From: Bugula neritina
Taxonomy: Eukaryota; Animalia; Bryozoa
Length of the DNA stretch: 64,000 nt
Direction: 5' to 3'
Assembly: GCA_964035545.1 (NCBI GenBank)
Contig: OZ037771.1
Location: 5,303,190 to 5,367,189 of the forward strand
This document shows, piece after piece, positions 13,258 through 47,300 of this stretch. The notes under the pieces are model-generated. The model was not told where the DNA came from. It worked only from the letters and a program-made list of their open reading frames with translations, and did no database searches. Both the position numbers and the translations under genes were made by a program. Within the stretch, counting starts at the first letter, position 1; every line of letters starts with the position of its first letter.

Positions 13258-16200
13258 GGAACCATTCAAAGTACATATCATAATTCATATCACTCTGGGT
13301 TTATTTTAATTCACTGTGAATAGTATAAACAGTGCTTGAGCACAGAAACAGCTAGCCATTTTTTGCCTATTGTAGACCACTGGACTAGGCGATATTATTG
13401 GATTATTCAGCTTGCCGGAACCAAACCTTGTTGAGTAGGTATTTGAAAAATATAACAACTTCTCCTAAAATAATATATTATTGTTTGTTAATGCTGTTCA
13501 TAGTTATGATAAATGACAATTTCTGATAAGTATACCTTCTATTAATAATATAACTAGTCTTTCAAGTTTTTAGTTGTGGTTCTGCCGTGTGCTAGCAATT
13601 AGTTTGGTAATTCAGTCATAGGTATGTTTAAAGGCTATGTTTGATGCATAGAATATTGTGGGTACATGCGGGTCCCACAGATGAGCCTGTAAAACTCTAG
13701 GAACAGTAGTGGACTAGTAGTAAACTACATAATACTATGTTAACTTTCTTTATGGCCTATATAAATCTACTATGTTTACTCCAATAGTTTGTTGTAGGCT
13801 AACTGTCCATTTTGAGGTTTTGATGGGTTTAATCTTCCTTATTTTCTGCTACTAGCATAATAATTATGTTTAATCAAAGAAATAGGATGCTAGTCTTAAT
13901 TACATAGTTGATAACTGGTAGTAAATATATTCCACCATAAATGGTGTAGTTTAGATGACAATCAATTTATCTACTAGGTGCTGGTTATAATCAACATTTA
14001 TTTAACAAGAATCTGAAGTGAATTTTTGTTGTTTTCATTTCTAAATATATGATTTATCAATTAATATGTTGTAGTCTAGCGGATGGTGCCTCCAATAGAA
14101 AAGACAGAGAGAAAACAAGCTATTTCATATAAGATCGTAAGCTGATTATAATGACTAAGTAATAATTACATATTAACACTCAAAAATTTTTATGAACTCA
14201 AATAAATTTGTAGGAGTTGGAATTTGGCAAAACATCAAATATGGCAAATGCAGGGCCCTGCCTTTGTATGAGAAAAAGAGTAAAATAATGGAAATTGCAC
14301 AAACGTATTATCAAAAATTGTCAATACACCTACTGAATTTTACAGTAAAATAGAAAAATTTATGTTACTGAGTTTTTATGTTGTTGAGTTATTATGTTGC
14401 AGTGCGACGAATAACGAAGATGTTATATGCATCAAGGCTAGTGTAAATTGAGAAGACGCACTCCTCCCAATGCTCAATGTATTAAGAGAATGCAAAAAAT
14501 GACAGTGGTTGTAAGAACTTTTGTGATAAGAAAGTCAAAGATAAGCTATATGTTGGAGTTGCTGAGCTCAAACCCAATAATATCTATTAAAGTGAAATTG
14601 GCCATTATATAAACAAGCTGCACCAACCATTTGATTTTTCTAAAACATTGTATACATGAGTATCAGCTTGTTTTTATGCAATAAACTCATACTTCACAAA
14701 ATTGTACTCGCATATGATGTATATGTATATGTATATGTATATCATTATCAAAATTTTTTATAGAAAATAAAACAATAAAACTACTATGCTATGGCTAAAA
14801 GGCTGTTTTATGCTATTTTATTTACTTTATCAAATTTTTAAATACAGTTTCATAAATAATCATATGCATATAATTATTCCTATGCTACAATATAAATTAT
14901 ATTTCATATTTACTTCAAATATGAAAAGGTAAAAAATGCGCAGCTGATATGACAAAAATATCAATCATAAAGCTGAAACTTGAATATGAAAAATTAGTTA
15001 TTATAAACACTGAAAGAGTAGCAAATGAATTTAGATCCAATAGAAACTGCACCCTGTTACATATATTATACATATACTTGTATATTGAATCTGCAGTTGA
15101 TTGAAATATTAAATGATGTATCGAATTTTATTTAAGGAATAAATACTTACTAAAATAAATATATCATCAATGAAACCATAAGCAAATTTATTTATATGTG
15201 GAAGAGCTTACAAACATAAGCAAATTGACATGCAATAAGCATGAAGTAAAATGTGAAGTTTGCGCATGTACATCATCAAAACATATATGTGTAAGATAAC
15301 ATTACATCTAACCAAAATAATTTGTAATTTGAAAAATTGAAAGTTATGCAAACTGGAAAGCTCTTTCAAGTATTTTAATTTTTATTTGTCTTTCAGGTGT
15401 CACTACGGATAGTAGCTAGTCCAATGAGTGATTCAAAATGTTGAACTCATTTAGTGAAACATATTATTTTTAAATAGTAGGCAATTAGTCCATTAAAATA
15501 GACTTGCTTAATTTGGACAGTCTAGATTTCTCTTACATTCAAATATCATGTCATGCGCTCTACTTGCTGTCACCATTTCTCTCTATCCCTTTCCCCCTCC
15601 CCCTTCCCCTCTCCCCTATTAATTCTATAACAAAATAAAACTACACAATTTTGACTTTACTATATTTGATACTGTAACAGAGTCACTGAATCTATAACCA
15701 TCCAACACTTGTTAAAATTTTTTTAAGAATGCATAATATAGTACATTGTTTATTTTGCCATTTTATAATTATGCATTAATTACTTTGTTGTATTGTGCAT
15801 GTATTATATGTGTTCATACACCATTCTCCAAATATATGCCGTTGCTCCAATGTATACCAGAAAATATCTCTAAAAATTTCAGAGATAGAAACTAGCAAGC
15901 ATTGATGTATATTACAGTGATTGATCTTTTAAATAATAACTGTGATATTGTAGCCACTGAACTGAAACTATAACTTATAGCTCAATGATTATAACATCAT
16001 TTCGGTCTTTGCATATGGGGGGATAACTCTATAGCAAAGACTACAGCTTCAAAAGTTTTATTAGGAGATAAAATAACACAGGAGTTGTCTTCTATATCTT
16101 GTATCGGTTCTAACCTCAATGTACATTCCATTGAACATGACGTCATTGAGGAATGCGGCTAATCAGGTAAATATGAGGCCTCAAAAGGGGTTTTTTTATT

Positions 16201-16411
16201 TTGTTTGAACGATACATTTTGTAATTGCTCAACTCTATAATAATTTTTAAAATTCTTTTGAAGAAATTAAAAAACTTTACTAAAAACAATAAAAATAGTA
16301 CAAAACTAATTTTTTTAAATGAAACAAATTAATTATTTTCTCCCTCTTTTGCCCCTATCCAATCAGTTGTAAACGTTTATAGAAAATGGTGGCTTTAGTT
16401 GTTAGTAATAG

Positions 16412-36312
<19,901 letters not shown>

Positions 36313-37652
36313 AAGTTTGCATCAGCTGGTGATTAGATGCACGGAACTTGGAAATGTTAGCACAATTTTATTGTCTCCCTTTAAATTACCCACTTGCTTT
36401 CTGGTTGGGTTACGAAATGCTTGCAGTTTATGGAGCAAATGTTTATCAATTGCTTGAAAATCAAATAATTATTGTCGGAATTGAGAATGTCCTAATTCTA
36501 CTACAGTTCTATATATTAATCCATATAATTAAGTCGTAGCGCATTTTATTGTAACATACTAATTTATATAAATAGCGCTATATTAATTCAACTAAATTCA
36601 TTCTGTGTTGTGACTTTGAAAGCAAGTTCAGAACCTGTAGTAGTAGCACTAGACCAGACTTGGTCTGATTTGTAGATTCTCATGACATACTGTTAGCAAG
36701 GTGTACAAGCAGAAGCTGGTTTTGCCTTCTTTTATCTGCACTAATGTTTGTGTATGAAATTTTTTAATTTTATACTATCGATTTTGAGGTATTTTGTATT
36801 TTTTTAATGAATGCTTCCAGTTTTCCATCGACATGTTTTTAGAATGGTACAACTTTTACAACATTGCTATACACTAAAATAATATATTGAACGTAGTATT
36901 TCCTATTCTAATAATCACATTGCTCTAATATGTACACCTAAACTCTTATAAGTTACTAAATATTTTTGATAGATGAGACATGGTATCAGCTTTCTGTATG
37001 TGTTATATTCTCTACTACATCCAATCTTCAATTTGTGGATAATTTTGTTACTTTGTATATAAATGTACATACAGATATAAATAAAATATTTTATTCATTC
37101 ATGATGAACTAAGCTAAGCATTCTGTATTATTATATTCACTAAAATGTGATTATTTGTGAGCATTGCAAGAAAACTGTTGGAGAGTTCTCGTTTCTATAC
37201 GCAAAGAAAAATTATCAGGCTTTGATTTTGTCATTGCAGTAGTTGGTGAAGATTTTTTAGCCGTTCTAAGAGTGAAAGTGATTATTACATGTCGGTTTGT
37301 GGCTGTTATATGTGAATATTGAGTCATAGAGATGGGAAAAAGTCTTCAGGGTTAAATTGCATTTTTAATGAACGAGAAAAGACATTTAATCTATAGCTGG
37401 CAGTTATGCTTTAGAGTTTACAGTAGGCTATTTTGTCGTGTTAGATTAACAATGATCCAAATTTTGACCTCCGGTGATGTGGCTATCACACGTGTTTTTA
37501 TTGACAAGGTTAAAGGTTGGCCCAATGTGGCTTACAATTGGACAGTGGGTGTCGATGCAACTCTTAGTGCCTTTCTTGTCAAAGAGCAAGGTTCGATAAT
37601 TTTCATGACAGGCATTTTCTTGAAGTTTTCCACTTAGCAATTTTTAGCGAAT

Positions 37653-40351
37653 ATGGATCAAGCACAGAAAGTTGTTTCAGAATTATTATCTAACCCAGTA
37701 AATGTTGGTTTGATAGGGCTGATTGTATTCTTGGTTTATAAAATTGTCAGAGGTCAAAAAGAGCCAGTAGGCCCAGCTCCAGACCCTCCGTTGTCTAAAT
37801 TGAAAAAGCAAGACTTCACCCTTGAGCAACTTAGAGAATTCGATGGGACTGGCCCAGAAGGCCGAGTACTGATGGCAGTGAATGGAAAAGTATTTGATGT
37901 TACTAGGGGCAAAAACTTTTATGGGCCAAGTAAGTGTATTTCAATATTTAATTTTATTATTAAACTTCAACTTCAACCATTAGACTCAAAAGTCAAAGAG
38001 TAAGCCATTTGAAATTCAAATTGCGGAATTCAATTTGAATTTAATTTTTATTTTATAATTCTAATTCTATTAGTGTATTTTTATTAGTAGTATTAGTGTT
38101 ACCATTGCCAGTATATACTGTTAGTATTGCATTTTTAAATTAGAAGTCAAATGAAATCAACTTAAAATTTAATATCAATGTGATGATGAATATGAATATC
38201 AACTTCAACTTCAAGGGCATAACTCGTAAGACACAATGAACTTCATATTTATATTGGTAATTGTAGTATTTATTAGTTTCTTAATTTCGTTCTATTTGAT
38301 TGAAATTTACAAGAATTAAATAGTCTGGTGATATTCATATTCATATTGGTCATTGATTGATTTATATTAATACTAAATATGATTATAATTTATATATATT
38401 TTAATTACCTATCAATATCCATATTAAAATAATATCAATGTAATGATTTTATTATTTATTTTTAATGTATTAAATTCAATTTCTTACTGTTACTCTAAGC
38501 TTGATTTAATCAGTTTTTAAATTGTTATTGCACTTTCAATGTTAATAAGACTTCAACCTCATGGTTACACATAATTCTTAATTTTTATTTGTCAGACTCA
38601 CTACTACCTTATATAAGTAATGAATTTGGTTGCATACTGGATTCCCGTTGATTTTCATTTTGAGTTTTATGAAAAGTTTTAACAGGTTATTGACACTAAA
38701 TCCATATCCATTGTAACCATAGTCTTAATTATTACAAAGTGTATATGTAAATATATCCACACATACTGTATGGAGTACATGTACAAAAATGGTGAAACAT
38801 TGGCAAAAACTATGTAACTGACAACTCTGCTTGTTATACATTGCATTGCGATGATTTATAGTAGGTTTCCAAATTTTGTGCTGTATTTAATGCAGGGATT
38901 ATAAAAGCATTTTATACGTGACTGGTGTTTCTCCATTTTTTCTGTCTTCTAATGAAATGACAATTTGAAAATGATTTTAGTAGTTATTTTTAAGGGAAAG
39001 TGGTTATTACTTTCATTAAAATAAATGACTTGCTTATGCTAAATTACTTAAAAACATCTTTTTTCAAATAATACCATGTGCATATAACAGTAGCATGTAT
39101 ATAATAGGGTATATAATAGCATTATGTATATAAAGTTAATAGTAGTGTATGTTAGTATTGCATGTAATAGTAGTGGGTATATAATAGTAGTGTGTATAAT
39201 AACAGTGTATACAATAGTCAATAGTAGTGTATAAAATAGTGGTGCCATATAGTGGCAATGTATGTAATAGCAGTATATATAGTAGTAGTGTATATAATAG
39301 TAGTGTACATATAATAGCAGTGTATAGAATAATCAATAGTAGTGTATATGTAGTAATATTTATATAACAAAAGTGTGTATATAATAAAAAAACTCACGCA
39401 AGTTTATAGTCGCTATCCCTGTGAGAAACCCCTGATGGAAAGAGTTTTTATTAGAACGGGCTAAGGACTTGTTCAAATGAGGCACAGGAGCAATTATGAC
39501 TGGATGCTCTTCCTAACATCACCAATGGCCTTTGTCGGGGTTCGAACCCATGACTTCGTGTTTACAAAGCAAACGCTTTAACCCCTAGACCACGGCTGCT
39601 CCCTAAAAAGTGTGTATATAATAGTATTATATATAATAGTAGTGTATAAAATAACAGTGTATATAATAGTAAAGTGTATATAATGGTCCGTTTTACATGT
39701 CTATTCTAGTTGTAAGTTTATTTCTTGGTGTTTAGACGGTCCCTACAGTGTATTTGCTGGAAGAGACGCGTCTCGTGGCCTGGCCATGTTTTCAGTGAGC
39801 GAAGACGTTATTCGAGAGGAATATGATGACCTCAGTGACCTTGACAATGAGCAGATGGAGCGAGTTCGAGAGTGGGAACAGCAGCTTAGCGGTGAGTCTG
39901 GCTGACCCACTTTTAGTTGGGTTTATACGTATTTGCAGTGCTGGCTACTTATTAAGAACTTGAGCTAATTACTGTGAGGTGTTAGTTTCTATATAATACT
40001 ATAATACAATATATTATGAGGTTTTCCTAGTTATATAAATGCAGTTTCAAGTAGTAAACAACCACCAATGGTACCTAAGATATGGTGTTACATGACATTT
40101 CAATGTTTAAAATATTCATGTTTTTAATCTGATAAATTCACAAGTGTAATGTAATTGATGGCATTACTCAACGAGCTAAATGTGTGGAGTTTAAATATAT
40201 TGTAAAACACTTTTTAAATATTACAGAAAAATACGACTATGTTGGTAAACTATTGAGACCCGGTGAACAGGCTGCGGACTACGAAGTGGAGGAGGAAGAG
40301 AATAGCACGAGCTCTGAGCGAGCAGCTGGGGAGACTAAAAAGACCGAGTGA
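37653..40351 (+). CDS. PGRMC1: Membrane-associated progesterone receptor component (MAPR, cytochrome b5-like heme-binding), 185 aa
   Basis: Exons 37653-37929, 39736-39891 and 40227-40351. N-terminal TM, DFTLEQLREFDG, AVNGKVFDVTRGKNFYGP, GPYSVFAGRDASRGLA, EYDDLSDL, KYDYVGKLL and C-terminal KKTE (KKxx ER-retrieval type). The PGRMC1 vs PGRMC2 distinction is vertebrate-specific. Confidence 0.95.
39387..39605 (-). mobile_element. tRNA-derived SINE family 1, full length with an 18-bp TSD
   Basis: Minus strand reads gggagcagccgtggtctaggggttaaagcg...gggttcgaacccc...cttgcgtgagttttttt. TSD aaaagtgtgtatataata at 39369-39386 and 39606-39623. Confidence 0.92.
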
Positions 40352-41360
40352 TTAATTCTACTGCCAAGTGAATACCTCACATTGCCGTTGACACTTCGTC
40401 TATTGTTAACAATGTGGAGCATAGTATACATTAATGTCTATATATTGTAATGTTTGGTGGACATGGCATGAGGAGTATTTTAGCTGGACATACAATATGC
40501 ATTCTTACTCTGCGTTTTGACTCGCTACTTCTACATCTTCAACTAAAAATTGTTAGCTCAGACTCTCATATTCCGTCAGCCATAATCACACAAATCTTAA
40601 TTTATCAACTCAAATTTTTGAACTGCAGTCGTTGAAGCTGCAGTTTTTGGCTATATGATCAGTCTGAATCTGCCTTAAGTCATCGTCATTTAACTTGATT
40701 GATTTTGATCAACTGTTTAAGGTTATAAAATGTGTCGTTGTGTCAAATTGATTCACTTTTTGTCATATGAATAGCATAGCTTTACACATTATCTAAATTA
40801 TAATTTTATTTTGTATTACCTTCTCAACAATGTTATTGTTTATTTGTTATGTGGGCGCAGTCTTCCAGTAATTTACATACAGCGTTGCTCCTTATTATTG
40901 GGAAAGGAATTGCATTTATTAATGTTAAGTATATAAAGTAAATATAAATTTGCATGCTAATTGAATTCATAGTTTTGTCAAAAGACTTAAAAGTTCATGC
41001 ATGATTAGGATGGGTTGAAATCCTATTTAAAGGCACTTCTGTTAAAATGCTGTTTTGTACAACACATTCAATATAAAACCTAATTGTCTAACATGCTGGT
41101 AGTTCATTGCAAATTTTTAAAGGCTATAATTTTCTTCCAGTGTTGATCATGATAGGCTACGTCTTTCAGGTTAGAAAGTCCTGTTTCATAATCAAGTATG
41201 CAGATAATACATGTATTCAACACTCATTCTTGTGTTTTAATTCATAGTCTGAGTTAGTTCATAAAATAGCAGTCTCGTGACTAAAGATCTGGAATATTGC
41301 TTTGACACAATATAGGAATTACTCTATTATCTACTGTCTGTAATGTCTCCAGTATTACTG

Positions 41361-44300
41361 TCAGCTATCCTCAAAACTAGGATTTCGTTTATTTAAATTT
41401 GTCTTATATTCTAATGTATTTTCAAAGTTCATTTCTGGCACAAGTTTTTCTTCTTCGGAGTTGTCTAGTTTGGATTCCCCAGTTTCATTGGAGGTACTAC
41501 CTTCAGTGGTTTGAGTACTTTCCAGGGTCTTAAGTGGAGAAGATTTTCGAGTTGCAGCAGATAGATTTTGACTTACCGACTCCTTCTTGTTATTAGTGTC
41601 TTCCATTTTAGATAAACTTTTTCTATTAGTTTCTTCCAATTTAGACCCACGCTTGCTATTAGTGTCTCTTATTATAGACTTCTTTGTGCTAATATTTTCT
41701 TTCATTTTAGACCAACTTTTGCTATTAGTGTTTGCCATTATAGACTCCTTCTTGGTATTAGTATCTTCCATTTTAGACCCACGCTTTTTATTTGTGTCTT
41801 TTATTACAGAGTCCTTTGTGCTAATACTTCCTTTCATTTTAGACCAACTTTTGCCATTAGTGTTTGCCATTATAGACTCCTTCTTGCTATTAGTTTCTTC
41901 CATTTTAGACCCACGCTTGCTACTAGTATCTTTTATTGTAGACTCCTTTGTGCTAATTTTTTCTTTCATTTTAGAATAACTTTTGCTATTAATATCTTCC
42001 GTTTTAGACCCACGCTTGCTATTAGTGTTGTTTATTATAGACTCCTTTGTGCTAATATTTTCTTTCATTTTAGACCAACTTTTGCTATTAGTGTTTGCCA
42101 TTATAGACTCCTTCTTGCTATTAGTATCTTCCATTTTAGACCCACGGTTGCTATTAGTGTCTTTTATTTTAGATCCACGCTTACTATTAGTGTCTGCCAC
42201 TTTAGACTTGCTCTTGCTATTAGGGTCTGCTGCATTGTAGCTCAAACTTTGTTTCGATTTTTCAAAATCATTTTTACTTTTTGTTGTGGGTTTTAATTTG
42301 GCATTAACAACTTTCTCAGAATTGGAAACATTTCCTAAACTAGATGATGCTTTAGATTTTTTGCTGAGATGTTGCATTGGTTTGTTTTCGTTGCCAGAAT
42401 AGTCGTTATGTTGTGCAGAGGTTTTTGGCTCAGTCTCTTCAGAATTAGGAGTTGTCTCTTCTAATGAAGTATCTTCTTGTTGAGATGTGGAATCTTGCCA
42501 ACTGTTAGAATGAGTTTTCCCTAGATTGAAAGAGACTGAACGAGTTTTATTAAAGCTTGACGATTTGTTCTCTATTGTATTATCTTCAAGTCCCACATTG
42601 GGCTGGGTTTTAGAGCTGTGCGATAATTCTGGTTTGTATGCAACTTTTTTATTCGCCTCCTTTACAGACTTCTTTGGATTATTATTTTTGGAAGTTTTAC
42701 TTCTTTGATTACTAGATTTCACTACATTTTGCTGACCCCTGACTGCTGATGAGATGGCCTGATCGGTATTCTGCAATAACTCGCTGTCTTTAGAAGCATC
42801 GTCAGCAGATATACTCCGTATAGTTTGGGCATCTGGTTCTGCTGGTTGTGAATGAACGTCTAGGGTATCTGAGACTGGCCGTGTTTTGTCTAAATTCGGT
42901 GGCTTTAGATGAGCGGTTTTGCCCTTTCCCAGTTTTGGTAGTATACTGGCTGTTGGCACAGCTTGGTGCCCTGATGTTGGTTCATCTGATGAAGTACTTG
43001 GTTCTGGAAGTGCAGGCTTCTGCAGCCACTGTTTGAATGATGAATACTTCAGTTTTGGCAGTCTTCCAATTAACTTCCTCGCTCTTGTCGGCTTCTTTGA
43101 TGATATTGTAAGCTCCGGTTTAAGGATATTCTCAAAATGTCGTCGCCATGCACTTTTTTGATAATCATAGTTAAATGACTCGTTATCGTCTTCTGAATCA
43201 AAAGATATAATAAAGCAATAGTATCATGCACATGTTAAGAGCTTTTTTAAGTAAATATATATATTAGCCAGAAGTGGAATGTGAAAACAGTAGATTTTCA
43301 CCATAACATTTATGGTGAAATATGGGAAGTTGTTATATCTAATATATTTTTACCTGTAAATTCAGTGTTGGAACTTTCAGTTTCCTCTGTGGCATATTCG
43401 CCATCAAAATCAAACAATCCCAAAACTATGTCTACAAAATTTAGTAGCCCTATTTGACTTGCTTTGTATGGTATTGTAACAATTATAAATTTCAATTTCA
43501 GTTTTTAAGGGAGCTGCTTAATTTTGTGAAAATATTCATATTTCATAAAAGGATATTAGGATCATTTTATTTAATTTAGCAGACACTCTATATCTCTAGT
43601 TTTAGCTATTTTCCACAGTTTTGCAGTTGATATGATACGTCTAAAAATATATTATGTAGTTTCTTGCATTCAACTCATATAATATTGAGAAATTCATTGA
43701 ATAAGCGAGGTTGATTTCTAATGTTGCATGAATTTCTATGTTTTATCTTAATTTCTTAGTAAATTTGGGTGTGAGGGCATAATGCTTTTTTCATTGTTAA
43801 AAGCCATTCATTATATAAACTAACAAACGCCCACCAGATTCAGTAGCAGCTCCTGACATGCGCTTTTTGTTGAAATTTTGCAACCAAGAGTTGTGGGCCA
43901 CTCCGGCCCTTCCTCTCCAGCCCACATTGGCATTGTCCTGTAAGTTTTATAAACATGAAGTTTCTAGAATTATCCACTAGATTTCGTCTTGCAGTCATAT
44001 AAACATTATATTCACAAATATTATAGTGTATGTGTGTAACTCATACTAAGTAATCATAATAAATATGAATGGTGGAAGTTTGCTTACACTGTTTTTTTTC
44101 TTGAAGACATCATAGAACGAGCCTTTTGAGATAACTTTTTTCACACCCGAGTTTCTGTACTTGTAAAACAGCAATGTAAGTCCAATTAATGTCACAACCA
44201 GAAATGGAACAAATGATAGTGAAAGAGGAAGAAGTAGATCTGACCGCCATTGCCGTCCTGATTCTAGTAGGAAAAAGCTACAGTTGAGGCTGGTAACAAT

Positions 44301-47300
44301 ACTCAACACAGAGAAGTCCCGCCCATGTTACACTTCTACTTTATGGTATACCAACAGTATGACACTTATACTTTATGGCTCAAATAAATAACATTGCATT
44401 TATAATGTAGTTTGCACAAGACTAGGTAATTAGTTTTCGAAAGCTTTACTGAAAAGAATGCAACTCCAAATTAGCCTAATCACATAATTATACAGTTAGA
44501 GCTAGGCTCATTCTATAGGATAAAAACCCGAAATGGACTATACAGATTTTATCATTTCTACATTATATGCAACAAATGTTTAAGGATGGTACAAAAATTG
44601 CTTTACTATCAACTACTCAGATGTGTGCCTAGCGCCCTTGCCGAATAATAGCCTGTGATTTTTATAACAGCAACAAGAGACTCAAACCCCAATTCAGCCA
44701 TAACTGCAGGCTAACAGTTAATCATTGCAATATAGTGATTGGCTTAAAACTTGCAGTCATTGCAGCAGCAGCACTAGTAGAGCCAAATTTTATCAACTTA
44801 GATACATGTGAAGAGTCAAGAGGTATAATTTAGTGATTTGTAGCCTTAAACTGACTGAGCGATGAAATTTGTTAGCCCTTTCCCGGAATAAGTTGCAAAA
44901 CATCAGCTCAACCTTAAACATGCTGGTCTAACAGTTTGTGGAACACATTCTATGCAAATTGGTTTTTTATTTTATTGCTTTTTACTAAATATTCTAAACA
45001 AAACAAACTACTATTAATATTTGAAGTATCTTCAATATTTAGTTATATTCCAATTATGACCCAAACAAAAATTTCGCCTAATACTACATTTTTTGAGCTT
45101 ATGCCATCTCCACCACCTCATATTTTATGCGAATCTACTACAAAGGCTCCTCAAGTCACAAAGACACCTTCATGATCATCTGCATGCACCTGCTACTTGA
45201 AGAACATGGTAAACATTGAAAAAATAGTTCCTACTTCTATTCTCATAAACTGCTTGCTAGTTAAAGAATTAATGTATAGGCCCAGAAAAAAATAGTAGTA
45301 CCCAGCAATGATGCTTTTGAGCAGGGAGTATCATTATAATCAAAGTCAGTAAAAGCTCGCATTTTCACACAGAATGTTGTTCCTTCTTTCAGCGGCCCGT
45401 TACAGAACTGGTCAGTAGATTGGTCAGTGCAGTCGCTGCAAAACATCCGACAAAAATTGTATAATTTTTAGCAGTGAAAATGAATACAAGTAGGGTAAAA
45501 TAAACACACGTCTGCTGCAATTAACATTGTACCAGTTAGACACGCTTTGCCGTAACATAAAAGTCAGCTATTTTTAAAAATATCCGGACTGAATCGTACT
45601 ACAGTATACATTAAGCCGGTGATCAAATACTGTTTGTATCAAAAATTTACGTCAGGCTCTTATTGGTCAGAAAGAAATTTCGATTGTGAAGGTCTCTCTG
45701 ACCAATAGGAGCCCAACGCAATTTTTTGAATCAAACAGTGTTTGATCATTGCCTTAATGTATACTGTAGTACCATACAGTCCGGATGTTCTTAAAAATGG
45801 TTGACATTTTACGTTACAGCATAGCGTGTCTAAGACAGTAGTCTGCTGTTCACAATGACCTCTACTACTTTTACGGCATGTCATGATGATTAATGAAGTT
45901 ACCTGTTGCCAATGCTGACTGATACAAATTTTGTGAGCACATGGCCGATGTAGCCAGCCTGCACCTTAGTAAACCCACACTCTCTGCTTCTATCAAATAT
46001 GTGACACTCTTCAAAGACTTGATAGCAAGGCCAGACGGTAATTTTGTCCAACTGTTGTGCCTAAAGCCAAGAGTGTCAAGAGCTGTCAAGATCAATCAGG
46101 AATTAGCAGGAAAAATTGGTGTTCCTCAGACAAATAATTAGGTTTAAACCATGTTGCAACTGGCAAGGTTTTTTTATTTAACTCCTGTACTATTAATAAG
46201 TATAGCATATAAAGAGGAAACTCTTGAAAAAGCTTGGTAATAAACATACATGTAGAATTAAAAAAAAGCTTTGCAGCTAAAATGTAAAATGTTTCTAAAA
46301 GTAAATTTTTAAACCAATAACCATACAAATATAACAACATATTTGAACAAACTTTCCTGATATGATAGTTATTAATTAAATGTATCAATAGTTGAGTCAA
46401 AAAGTTAAAATAGAGTGAACAACTCCTGTTAAAATATTTGGTTCATGCTTAGATGACCTGTAAAATTTTGTCAAAATGTGAAGATTTAGTCAATATCAAG
46501 CAGCAAATACTTTTATATTTTGATTGTCAGCGATTGTACATATTTAACAAGCCTCCTATATTTTTAGCTTTGATAAATTCTTGGGGTACTTACTTTTATC
46601 TCCTACACTTACTTTTATATAATATAATGAAATTATTGTTCTATTATAGATATATTTCTTTTTATATCATACATTAATTACTTTCAAACTATAAACTTAT
46701 ACTTTTACACGCTATAAAATTGTTTCATATTATTTAATTTTTTATGTAATATACTTACTTTTATATCATTGTAGGTGGGAAGTTTGCGCACTAACTTGCC
46801 ATCATAGGCAGATAAGCCTGCTAACCACTCAACTGTTTCACAGACTATCAGGGTGTACGCCCTCACTGTACCATTTCTATTGTTAAAATAGTCGCCCACA
46901 GTCACTTTTAGAATTCTGTAAAGTATCATACTAAATGTGCAATTTAACAGAAATTCAAAAGTTATTATAATTTTGAGGCACTTAATATGACTATACTCTT
47001 AGAATGAATTTCTAAAACATAAACTTGTTAGATTTCAACCAGTTGTCAAAGTTATGCATAGAAAATTGTAACTTAAATTTTTCCCCAACTATTTATGTAA
47101 CTCGAACGTAACTTTTTTACTTTTGTTATATTTTCTTTTGTTAAACTTTCTCACTGATGGTAGAATTTGTAGGTCATGAATTTCATAAAATCTGTATGTA
47201 AAAGATATACCTAGGAAACCTGCTGTTACTTTTCAACAAAGTTTACAATACGGACTTGTTTTTGTCATCCTGTAACACTACTCACTATAATGACAATTGA

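Noticed and set aside
39540-39603. tRNA gene (A and B boxes)
   Set aside because: It is the head of a dispersed SINE with TSDs; no complete cloverleaf is evident.
41587-42708. Hydrophobic + strand ORFs (LLVSSILDPR repeats)
   Set aside because: Antisense shadow of the K/N/S-rich coding repeat; the ORFs start at TTG and are broken by stops.
41361-44140. ITIM/ITAM motifs in the receptor tail
   Set aside because: The tyrosines (SFYDVF, LKYSSF, LEYKTN) do not fit the canonical consensus.
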